64,000 bases of DNA from Saccostrea cucullata. Lineage: Eukaryota. The notes under the pieces are model-generated. The model was not told the origin of the DNA. It saw only the letters and a program-made list of their open reading frames with translations, and made no database searches. The stretch lies in assembly GCF_032062105.1 (NCBI RefSeq), contig NW_026920828.1:62001-126000 (forward strand), given 5' to 3'. A program made the position numbers and the translations under genes. Shown here one piece after another: positions 24,935-36,440 of the stretch. Each line of letters starts with the position of its first letter. The first letter of the stretch is position 1.

Positions 24935-27508
24935 GCCGGTGTAAAGACGAAACGTGACCCCCGTAGAATATTGACCGGGGGTCATTTTTCTACGTAGAAA
25001 TTTGACCCCCTGGTCAATATTCTACGTAGAAAAATGACCCCATTTTTGGTAGAAACTATGGCCTTGGGGTCATTTTTCTCTGTGTGCATTGTAGAAAAAT
25101 GACCCGGTAGAATAATGACCTCTTGTCATATTTTGATGTAAAAACATTCGTTTTGGTAGGAATATTCTTGTTAGACGAATGCATACAGATAATATCAAGC
25201 AACCTTTTGATATGAAGTGTTCATTTTTGAAAGTTTTTAAGCTTAAATAACGAAATCAAAGCTATACTATGCTACACTTTACATTAATAATACAAACCGT
25301 TTTATCCCCTATGAAAGAAAAACAATATCTATTAAATGTTCAATGGCTAATAGAGCAAAGATACGTACATTTATAGATTTGTTCATTACATTTTATACAA
25401 TAGGTTTCCACAGTTGTCATTTAAATCTTTAAAAAGGTCATTTTCTAGTTGATGTCAGAAACTAAATTAAGTTAACGTTTTTGATCCCTACTTTTAAAAC
25501 TGGCGCGAAAAAGGGCACTTGCTTAGAAAATTGGATGTAATAAAAACATTTTTTTCTATGAATAAAGTTTTCAAACTTCTCATTAAAAGAGGGATGATTT
25601 AATTTGTAAAAATAAGTACTAAATTAAATTGCCTATGACCTATGATACCAGGGACACAAAAAAACGGAAAGCTCAACACCTTTAAAATGTCTTTGTCGTT
25701 TGCTAGTGTCAACAAAACCTTAACGAAATGGGGTTGTTGCATAAAAAATGAATACTAGTAACTAAAAGAAGAAGTGCTCGTCTTACCAAAATTTGGCACA
25801 TGTAATTATATAAAAATTAATTGCGCTTTATTTCTAAATTTTCTTTTGTGAGCGTTTTTAAAATCGCTAAACTTTCATCTCGCTAAAAAAAATACCATTT
25901 TTTAAAAGAGAAATCGCTAAATTTGGATCTCGCTAACATTTCCACTTATATGTATTAAATGCATGCCCCCGTAAACCAAGTTTCGGGGATATGTAGTTTT
26001 TAGCTGTCCGTCCGACTGTCTGTTTGTCCGTAAAAACTTTAATCTTGCCCATAATTTTAATTTGACTGGGTGGGACCATGACTTTCATATTTCATGATCA
26101 CAGGTGTATTTTTTGTGACAAAATCTTTCTTTGGGTACAACCAATTTTGACCTAGGAGTTTGACATACTTTTATGCAATAATTCCAAACTTTTAATCTGA
26201 CCTTAATTAAGTTTTGAACGATTTGTGCTAGGACTTTAGATATCGAAATAATGACATGATAGACTAAGAGTTCATTTGTTTTTGCAAAGTTTGTGTCAGA
26301 GAAAATCTCAAATGAAATGGGATGTTACAGCTACCATTTGTCAGGGGTCTGTGGGCTAAAAAGTGTGGGAAAAAGTTTTTCAAAATGAATCTATAGACAT
26401 CTGAGAAGGTTGACTTATTTTTCACTCAGATGTAAATTTTGGGGGATTTTTTTAATTCATCATAAGAACGTTCTTGATGTGTATGGCATGGAGGAGTGAG
26501 CATACCTTGCTGTTCGGTCACACCCACCGTGTGCTCCTTGTCATAATCGAAAAATAACGGAAAAATCTGTCGTCAATTCAGTGTATAAATAATGGAATAA
26601 CAATTGGTACGAAAAACGTCAGTCAGCATTTGACTCAATGATAAACTGTATTTGCTGACAAGGTCATTGTATCGACCATAGAACTTTCGAAATGATCGAT
26701 GACCAGTACTTTAAACGAGACTGCTGATATTTTTGTTTCATCAACTTATTTGTCAATAATTTACCTCGTTTAAGAAATCGTTCATAGGTAGAGCATGCTC
26801 TTGTGTATCAAATGAATTGAGATATATAAACTCCATATGCAGATAATGAAGGTATATTGCTGCGTAAGTATAAGAGAAGTTGACGATAGAAAAGTTAAAG
26901 TCATCACGTTTATCATAGAGCTTGGTTGTTAGATTACCATTAACGTCTTTTTCAAGTAAAATATCCAAGTATGAAATAGATATGTCAGACTCCATGGTAT
27001 CTTTTATCACTAGCTCACCAGAATATATCGTGTCATTTTCGGAACAAAACCTTTGAATTATTAAAAAACACCCAGTATACTAGTAATGATAAATTTATGC
27101 TCCTGAATTAGTTAATATTCATTGGGATTCTGTAAGCAAAAAAAAAAAAAAAAAAAACAATCCATACCAGATACATTGCTAATGATGCTTCTATTAAGAT
27201 ATGCAATCAAATATATATTGGGAAGGAATAAAGTACATTCCTCCTCCTTACATTTGAAAGTATAAAAAAAAATATCAGGAGACACAGATAAAAGGTTTTA
27301 TTGTATGAAAAAGTAGGGGGTCAAATTTCTATGGGGGTCATTTTTCAACGTGTGTGGAGTCGTAGAATTACTGGTCTGGAATGTTTTTCTACAGTCGAAA
27401 AATGACCCTACTTGTCGTAGAATATTGACCAGGGGGTCATTTTTCTACGTAGAAAAATGACCCCCTGGTCAATATTCTACGGGGGTCACTTTTCGTCGTT
27501 ACACCGGC
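24935..27508. mobile_element. Non-autonomous TIR DNA transposon with long, internally repetitive TIRs; hosts nested insertions
   Basis: Left end GCCGGTGTAAAGACGAAACGTGACCCCCGTAGAATATTGACC matches the reverse complement of the right end GCCGGTGTAACGACGAAAAGTGACCCCCGTAGAATATTGACC; sub-repeats GTAGAAAAATGACCCC occur in both orientations; no clear TSD. Confidence 0.85.
26485..27032 (-). mobile_element. Naiad-type PLE 3' fragment nested in the TIR element
   Basis: ORF 26753-27010 (SYLDILLEKD...KLYDKRDDFNFSIVNF) plus the 3' module. Confidence 0.85.
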
Positions 27509-28125
27509 GAGACTTGATGACAGGGGAGGCTTCCTCCATCTTGGTACCTGAACCCTGCTCCTGGGGTTTGTGCCATTACCCTGTTAACGATTCGAGATCG
27601 AGAGAGAGATAGAGAGAGAGAGAGGGTGTTCATTCTACCTGTAATTTCCACTTTTTGACAATCAGGTAGGAAACGGCAAGAATTCATGTGGGAATAGGTG
27701 GAATTTTTGTCTTAACAAATAATTAACTATGAAAACATATAACTTCTATGTTTTAAACAATTATCAACAATTATTGATTACCTGTTGAAATAGAGGACTG
27801 ATATATTTACTTTATAGAATTATAAATACGACTTTTTTAACTAATATCTTAAAGCCATATAAGTAAATTAAATAATTTTTCACAATGTTCATTTTAAAAT
27901 CCAGCTATTTCAATATATTTTCCCCGACAAATCTATTTATTTTATGTTGTAGAATCAAGATATGAAAGTGCTTATTCTTGTAAGACTTTTTTCTTTGTTA
28001 TTTTCTCAAATCCATAAAATTTAGTAATAAATGAAATAGTTCATATTTTTCATTCATTTAGTCGTTATTTTCTGTCTTAAAATGTACAAAATACAGATCT
28101 ATAAATCTAAGAGGGAACGTATTAA

Positions 28126-28464
28126 AGCCATATATGGCGTATGTACAATGAAAATTATTGGACTAAAATTATAAGAACTTATTATTTGTATCATTACTTT
28201 ATAAAAAGATAGAACTTTTCCGTAAATTACAAAATCTAAATCAATTGCGTTATAAAGATATCACAATTTAATTTGGATTCTCGGAATTTTCTCCGACTCG
28301 GAAGAAAATACAAAAGATTTAAAGAAGATAAAATCGTATTATTAGATGAAACGAGATGTTCTCCGCGTTCAGAATTGTATGAAAAGCTTTAATTTAAATG
28401 TATCAACTATATTTTGTATTTTTCAAAAATATATTTTTTTCTATCAGTTACGCCATATATGGCT
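28126..28464. mobile_element. Kolobok-type MITE
   Basis: Perfect 16-bp TIR AGCCATATATGGCGTA flanked by TTAA on both sides (28122-28125 and 28465-28468); AG...CT termini with a TTAA TSD fit Kolobok. Confidence 0.8.
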
Positions 28465-28510
28465 TTAAAGTGGGAATAGGTAGAAGACACCGAGAGAGAC
28501 AGCATTTTAT

Positions 28511-29090
28511 TACGAAAGCCGGATAGGCTCATTTCTGAGTAGATAAAAAAATTTAACGCGTTATAACGAGTTAGTTATCTCGTTATAACGAGTTTTAGAA
28601 TTATTTCGTTATAACGACTTAGTTTTTTCGTTATAACGAGATAATTAACGCGTTATAACGAGATAAAAACTGGTCTAAAGTTGATAGATCTAAGTGATTG
28701 TAAGTATAGCACATAAAACCGAGTCGATCAAGTTTGTTTAAAGTGTGTATGATATAGATTTTATTGAAAAGCAGGAAACAAGTTATTTTTTTGTTTTTCG
28801 AGAGCCTGTGCCTGTGACTGTAGTTCGCTTATGTATAAACAATGCGGTTGATTGTTTATTTAAAAGACCGAATACATGTATAAGGAAACTTATGACTGCC
28901 TCGTGATGCTGTGTTATGAGTGGGCAGTAGTCCCCGAATTGTAGGCCCATGACCTAATTGCTGATGTCTCCATATCCCTCTTCTTCAAAACATTTCTGAC
29001 TCTCAAAATAATATATATCACACTGTGAGTTATAACGAGTTAAATGGTTTATTTTTATCTTTTCAGAAATGAACCTATCGTGCTTTCGTA
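28511..29090. mobile_element. MITE with ~28-bp TIRs and an internal CGTTATAACGAG repeat array
   Basis: TACGAAAGCCGGATAGGCTCATTTCTGA matches the reverse complement of the right end TACGAAAGCACGATAGGTTCATTTCTGA; five or more palindromic CGTTATAACG units; the terminal TA may be the TSD. Confidence 0.8.
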
Positions 29091-30238
29091 TTTTATAGAA
29101 CTGTTAGGGGCAATTATTAGTAATTACACAGAGTAAAAATAATTTGTTATCTGACTCACGTATCAATGACCCTTCGCGCGATTGAAGACGAATTAGATAG
29201 TCCAAAAAGATTCGAGGGCAACCCGTAAAATATGTGACTCAGGTATTTTTTACTGTATAAGAATGTCTATAATCTTCAAGAGAAACGTGCATTTTGCACG
29301 CATTCTCTTAAGTTGATAAGACTTAGCACAGATTTTAAAGAAGAGGCCGAATTGATAAAGATTGTAATAAATAGTAACAAAAGCTTTTTCTAATTCTTTC
29401 AGTAAACAAACAAAATTTCAAGATAAAGAACGCGAAAAGTGATCGATCCTCAAAGATCTTAAATTATTGTATATTTCAAATCAGCAATTCGCTAATCCTC
29501 TTTATATAGAGATTTGTATAAAACAGTAAAAGTATTATGTCTTTACTATTGGTGTTATAGTTATGTTATTTTATGGATTTATTAAATAAGAAAAGTCAAT
29601 GTAAGAAAATAAAATAGCAATTACACCTACACAATATTATCAACTTCAAAGCCAAGTAATTGTAAAATTATACAGTGCTTTTGCTTCTAAAAATTTTGAA
29701 CACGTAAAAAAAAACAATGGTTGAAGAATATTGATGCTAAGACTAGAGAATTCATACTTTAAGTCAATCCGGGAGAATATGATGTTAATATACGTGGATA
29801 GAACACCTGACTGTTTCTTTAATTTTCCTGGATTTTTTTTCAGTTATCATCATTAATTTTAAACAATATCTTTATTGAGACAAAACAATGTAAATAATTG
29901 ATAAAAAATATTTAAATCATCACAGATATCATGCATAAATACACATAACACATATCACTGCTTTTTTAAGCATCTAACAATAAATACTATAAATACCATG
30001 TATTTCATCACACACGATCATTTGGACAACTATTGCTACAAAACAAACAGCTATACTGATAAGACTCTAATTCATCAACCTTGTTTTACTTACAGTAATA
30101 AAAGTAAACCATTTTAATAATACCATTCAAAAGAACCAGCATTGTAGGTTTTAAAATTGAAACAACCTGCATGTACATGTTCAACACAAAGATAGATTTG
30201 TAAGTACACCACCTTCTTTTCAATCTTTTAAATATCAT

Positions 30239-32690
30239 CTACAGAATGACACACGATAAGGCATCATACAATCCATCCCTGGGATGAAGAACTGTCCCGA
30301 TAGCTTTGTTTAACACCCTCTTCATCTTCTTCTCCAGTTCGGGAGAACTTTCAAAAAACCTAGAAGCTCCGATTTTTCTGGCCATTTGGAATCCTTCCGA
30401 AGAACTGATACTTTTTTGCCCATTTTGTCTTAAATTGAATTGAACAGAACAGTCCATTCGGAGATCTGTCTGAGTTCCCACTAAGATTATAGGAACATCA
30501 CCTAAGCAGCTTTTCAGATGAGGCGCCCATTTTTCTTCCACATTTCTAAATGACGTAGGCTGAACCACCGAATAGCAGACGACAACAATGTCTGCGCCAG
30601 GTAGAATGTGAATACTGTTCTCCTGATCTTTGTCCTAAAATTATTTTTTTTCAAAAACAAAATTAGGAAAATGGAAAATATCTATGTAAAAATCAGCTGC
30701 ATTTTTTTTTATTTTGTGCTAAATTTTTGATGAAGTTTATTTCTATAACAGTACAAAAAGGTATTTTGTGCACAGTATATACACAGTTATCTATTTAATA
30801 TGCATGCGTATCGAAACATATTTCGATTTTCACTTCAATTTGTTTATTTAGAAATAGATAAACAATAAATAAACATTTTGAACCTTCTTAGAAAAATGTT
30901 TGACCTTTTTTATTTTAATTTTGTTTGTTAGAAGTACATCTTTTTTCACTGACTATACATTTCTATGTCTACCTTATACAGCAAATCGGTAATCCTTTCA
31001 TAATCATGAAAAGATAAATTTATTTGTAAAAAGAAAGTAATTCAAATTTACATATTTGTGTATTTGTGAACTAGACTTACAAGCCCTTATCTTATATTAA
31101 AGAATATGCAAAGAAAAAACGTCTTATAGAGTAGAATGAAAATTAGTCGGAATTTGTCAAGTGGACACCGTGGGAAAAGTTTATCAAATATTGACTTAGT
31201 GTGAAGGACAGCCCCAAACATTCTTTATAATCTAGGTATTTATTTATAGGTAACCTTGTTTGTTGTTTAGATAATTTTCAGATTACCCTGCCTATTTTCA
31301 ATTTGTGAGATCGTTTCAAAGGATTGTAAAACGCTGATATCTTTACGCACTGGATGTGTGTTTAGCGAAATCGTTTTCAACATTCCATCTCTATCAAACT
31401 TATAGAATTGAGGAGTTTGCATACTTCTTGTAGCTATTTATGTATTACATAATAAAACAGATTAGAGGGTCTATCTATTTATATTGATTAGCAATCACAG
31501 ATAAAAGTAAATGGCTGGAGAAGGGTAATATATTAAAGAGAGAGGCCTTAGGGTGAATGGGTGGTCCAGGTGTTTAACTTCTCTCTTTCTTGGTGGTATG
31601 ATTAGTTACAATTGAAGGGGACAGTTTATGGTTTTCTTTTGGCTTTTCTATAGTGTAAAAGAAAGTATAAAACGCAAGGTCTAGAGCAATAAGACTATAG
31701 TTAGTGGACCTTGTTTGCCCCCCCCCCCCCAAAAAAAATGTTATTCAAATTACTTTCTTTACAAATGTTACAAAAACAAATTGAAATCGAACTAAATCAA
31801 ACAAATTTGAAGAAAAAAATATTCAACATGGTAATAATATATAAGAAACTTTTTAAAAACTACTTTAAAACATAAGTGCAACTTAGCCTATAATGTAAAT
31901 GAACTCATTCAAAGACATTTGTAATGAATTTTCTTAAAATAGAAGTTCACAGATAACAGAAAAATTTGAAACTTGCCTCTTCCAGGGTGTCGAGAAGTTG
32001 CAGATGATATTTTTTACCAGACATTTCTAAAGTCCCTGCAAAATAGACAAACCATTCAATTATCATCCGTGCATTACACTTAGGAGAGTAATATTTAGAA
32101 GCCAAACATGTAAAGAGATTGCAGGAAAATGTTTTAATTCTGCGACTTTCAAGCTTAAGATATATCATCTTAAGAAAAGGCACAGGTGTTTTCAAAACTA
32201 TATGAATAAAAATGTTTATTAATAGAATACATATCTTGGCATGCTTACGTGATGTGTTAATTATAATGCTGTGTGCTTTTCTGTTTATCTAAACACGCAA
32301 TATACAGCTCCCAGCAAGCTAGATTTTATGTCCAAATTTTCGAAGGCTTTCTTTTTTTTTATCGTACAACAATTTTGATTTAATGCTCCAATTAAGATAC
32401 ATGTAATAGTGTAACTATACATTTGTTCAAATATTCACTGATACTATTGATTGAAATTTATAATAAACTTAAAAGTAAAATACTTCTTTGAAAAAATTAA
32501 AAAAAAATCGACGAGAAAAAATGTCTGTTTGTTCCAGAAAATGATAATTACCTGCATAGTTATCAAAAACACTAGGCACGTGCTTCGTGGGGAATCTGTT
32601 TGTAGCGTAATTCACAAGCAAACTTGTCTTCCCAACGGAATCATCCCCTAAAACAACACATTTAATTAAGTCCGAACGAAGAACCACCAT
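30239..32690 (-). CDS. Atypical Rho-family GTPase 2 (Cdc42/RhoU-like, predicted hydrolysis-deficient), 197 aa, CAAX CVIL
   Basis: Exons 32690-32552, 32035-31977 (GC donor AG|GCAAGT) and 30634-30239 join in frame and align gap-free to Cdc42 from I4 through the Rho insert: [49 protein letters not shown], full Rho insert, CVIL. Confidence 0.87.
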
Positions 32691-34439
32691 CTCAACTCTA
32701 TGAAGTTTGTCATTCACTAAAAAAATTAAATTCTCCCGTAATCTAATCTTTGGATTGCACCATATCGTATTGTTGACAATTCTCTTTGTTTACATCTGTA
32801 CACGCGCAAGCAGACTAGCGTATAGATTTGAAGGATGTCACGTGATGTTCAAAACTCGCCCTCGCACTATTTACCTATATCATGTGGAATGCAGAAAATC
32901 CACAGGTGGAAAATAAACACAATTTAGAAGGGATGTGTCTAAGTGTCTAAATAATGAAGAATCGTTGCATGGGCGTCCTGTGGTCATTATTACCGATAGG
33001 ATCGTACGGTTTTATCACGGATTTGATCAGCCGTTATTCTGTTAGATATGAGTTTGTACTTCAAAGTCTTTTTTAAAATAACAAAAAAAAAGTGAAGAAA
33101 AGAGTATCTTTTCTTAATGCTGGACAATATATACCTACTTTAATATTTTCGGAGTTTTGAGTATACATGTATAAATTTGAATGTAAAGGAAAGAGATATT
33201 GAACATTTTCTAAGGGTTATCTGGTAGAAAATAAAATGATTCATCTTAAAAAATAATTTTTTATCCATTCTTAGGCACAACATTTTACAGATTATACCCT
33301 AAACCTTTCCAATTACTTTTAGTTATCACTTCCTTTCGTTAATAACTATATTTTTGGTACTTTCATCTGGTTCCATAAATGTTATCTGTTATTATTTGTA
33401 ACGAATCATTTAATTTGTCTCATATTGTTTGTATCATTTTTCAGTTCATGAACTTTACATAACCCAGGAAAATTAAGAAACACATAAAATGTTGTTTTTT
33501 TTTAATGTTTAAAAATATTTTGAATAATATTAGTTTTATATGAATTTATTTGGCACATATAAATATTCATTTATATCTCAAATAGAATTAAATTGCCTAA
33601 AAATAACATTATGACAACGTTCTTCCAGTGGGTACAATTAATAAATAATTAGAAAAAATGTAACAAGAACCGAGTTTTTGCTTTCACTACAGAATTTCTG
33701 GATACTTTTTATGTGAGCTTATACTAAGAGAGTTTATGATGACCTTTCAATTCCAAATACTAATGGATGTCCATTTCTAGACTGAGAAAGATGTACATAG
33801 TATGCAACAAATTACGCATCAGTTATACAGTATACCCGGTATATAGGTCAGTATGTCCTGTGATATATTAAAAGTAAACACAAAATAATTGGTGGGATAA
33901 GAGTATCAAAGTGTTAAACCAATCCCATGACGGTGATAATAATATCAACATTCAGAGTCACACACTAGCTGAACTACCTCTAAATTTGCGTTGTGGTTCA
34001 CCCTGGACGATCAAGTGCATTGTACAGTTTGCAGTAATATAAAAGATAACTCTTAAATTTTAATTAAACTTTTTTATTTGCTTTTGTTTTATTTTTTACT
34101 TGAAAAATAAAAACTGAGAATTCTATGAAGTATTCATAAAGAATAGTTTTCTATTCTACATTGTCTAGAAATATTGATAAAAGCGTAATAAGACACAAAG
34201 TCGATCGTTTGATAGAGCTTAAGATAATTTCTGGCAACATAGACAGCTGCCTTTTTCAATAAAAACTGAGCTCACAAATTTACTTACTTTGTTATTGGCC
34301 CTTTGCAAAATTATTTTGTTACAACACAATTAGTCCGAAATTTATATATAAAAAAAAAGAACACTTGAACTTCTGGTTGATAATATCTATACCGTTTTTT
34401 GTGGTTATGTGTACAAACGATCTTTTTTTCCTTCATAAA

Positions 34440-35236
34440 TCCACTGTAATAAAACAAACTGCGAACAAAGTAAAAATGTAAGAGGTGGAATTAGTTGCCA
34501 TGGAGGAGTAAGCATCCCCTGCCGACCACTCACACTTGCTGTATACTTTTTCGACATGATTGCATAAACGGGAAAAACCATAGTCAATTCAGTTTGATTA
34601 TAATGATATAACAATTAAGTGTTTGTTATTAGTAGGCTGGTAATATAAACATATCGTGGGAAGAATATGCTCTTCCAAATCGAATCAACTAAAACAAAAA
34701 AATCTGCAGGATAATGGTAATCTGCTATTAAATAATGAACTTGATAGAAAAGATGAAGTCGTTATTTTTTAGCAAGGGTCCTCCTTAATATGGGGATGGA
34801 AGTATATAGAAAAATAAACATTAACGTCAATTGTATGAAATATAAGGAGATAACGAATAGTATTCAAACTCAAAAATTCATTAAACAATACTAAATTGGA
34901 GCATAGCAAACACGGAGCACCAAAATATCAGAAGTGGGATCTGGTTCCAAGGAGGAGTGAGCATCCTCTGTCTACCGGTCAAGCCCGCCGTGTGATTCTT
35001 GTCATGATGGGGGCATAACGGAAAAATTCGACGACAATTCAGTGTGTATATAATGAACTAAGATAAGTAAGGGAAGTTGACGATTGTAAACTTAACCATA
35101 CGTTTATCATAAAGCTTGGCTGTTAGATTACCATTAACGTCTTTTTCAATTTAAATATCTAAATGTGTAACAGACGTGCAAGACTCTGTGGTACATGTAA
35201 CTTATTTCAAGCTACATAGGGATTTATCGTTTCGAC
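34440..35236 (-). mobile_element. Two Naiad-type PLE 3' fragments (about 34440-34600 and 34846-35236)
   Basis: Both carry the GGAGGAGT(A/G)AGCATCC...ACC(G)..TCA module; the second also has RT C-terminal remnants. Confidence 0.7.
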
Positions 35237-35638
35237 AGAAGAGTAGGAAAACCATTGTAAATTTATATGTACAGTCTGTGCACTGACCATTTGTTCTATA
35301 CTAGTGTACCGCCTACAGGAGATTCTTCAAACACTTTAGGGATGGAAAAATCTACAGTTATCTGAAAGTGACAAACCCAGTCTTAACAAATAAATACAAC
35401 TAGGTATGTCCAACAGAATGAAAAAAAAAAACGTTCACCAAAGAATAAAAAATAAAAAAACAATAGAGCATTGGGTTTTAATAGCATAATTGCTCGTAAA
35501 AACAGTTATAATTATGCATGAGAAAGGTATTCCTTTGTTCATGCATTCTCACTTATCAATCCAATTTATTGCGAGCGATATCATCAATGAATTATACTTA
35601 GTATTGTGAATTATTTATACTTTTATATATATCTATCC

Positions 35639-36298
35639 TGTTCTGCCTCTGTGCAGAGTGTTTACCAAACCAACAAACCAAAACAATAAGGGCGGATCAC
35701 TCTTTATTGCATCAATGCTTGTATGTGTATGGTAAAAGACTGAAAATAATAAAGAGACAAAACTTACAAACAGATTCATACAAAATCAGTGATACCCAAT
35801 TAACCCTATTTTACATTGTAAGTGACAAATCATAGACAAACAAGAATGATATCCAAATTTAGTGAACATTTTTCCAATTTAAATTCAATCATAAACTGGC
35901 CTATCATAAAAAATTAAAATGCGCTCTTAGTAACATGTAGGTTATTTATCACATAAACTGAGAAACAATATAGCGTTTACATACATAGCAGATTTTTACT
36001 TAACCATTTACTTTCTAATACACATCGAAATCTATTTCCCTATCTGATCAAAAGTAAACCGTAAAATATAATGTTAGATAATACATAAAAACTTACTTAT
36101 GGTGCAGGGATGTACCCGTAAAAGTGAAAAATAGGTTACAACAATGCTTGGAACAAGCGAAAATGGCCTCCTAGCCTCATGTAGGAACAACATAAAATAT
36201 TCTAAAAAACAAACCGTAAAAGGTTACATACCCGGAATAATGATCACAATGTAAAAAGAAAGATAACTCTTACGAGGTATAAATTGTGTAACACTACA
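35639..36298 (-). repeat. 3' LTR (660 bp)
   Basis: Direct repeat of 42385-43030; by eye it differs by two substitutions and one 14-bp indel. Confidence 0.97.
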
Positions 36299-36440
36299 CT
36301 CCCCGCCTGATATGAAATATCACACCCTTACAAGCAAAACAAATGTATACATTATCCTTAACTGAGGATACCTACAATGCACAAAATGTAGTTACTTTAA
36401 CTCCATACATAAACTAGTCATTCAACTTTTCACAAAACAG

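Noticed and set aside
32691-32717. ORF-track N-terminal extensions from GTG/TTG starts (also 9638-9700, 45493-45495, 52809-52913)
   Set aside because: Non-ATG starts; the first in-frame ATG matches paralogue lengths better.
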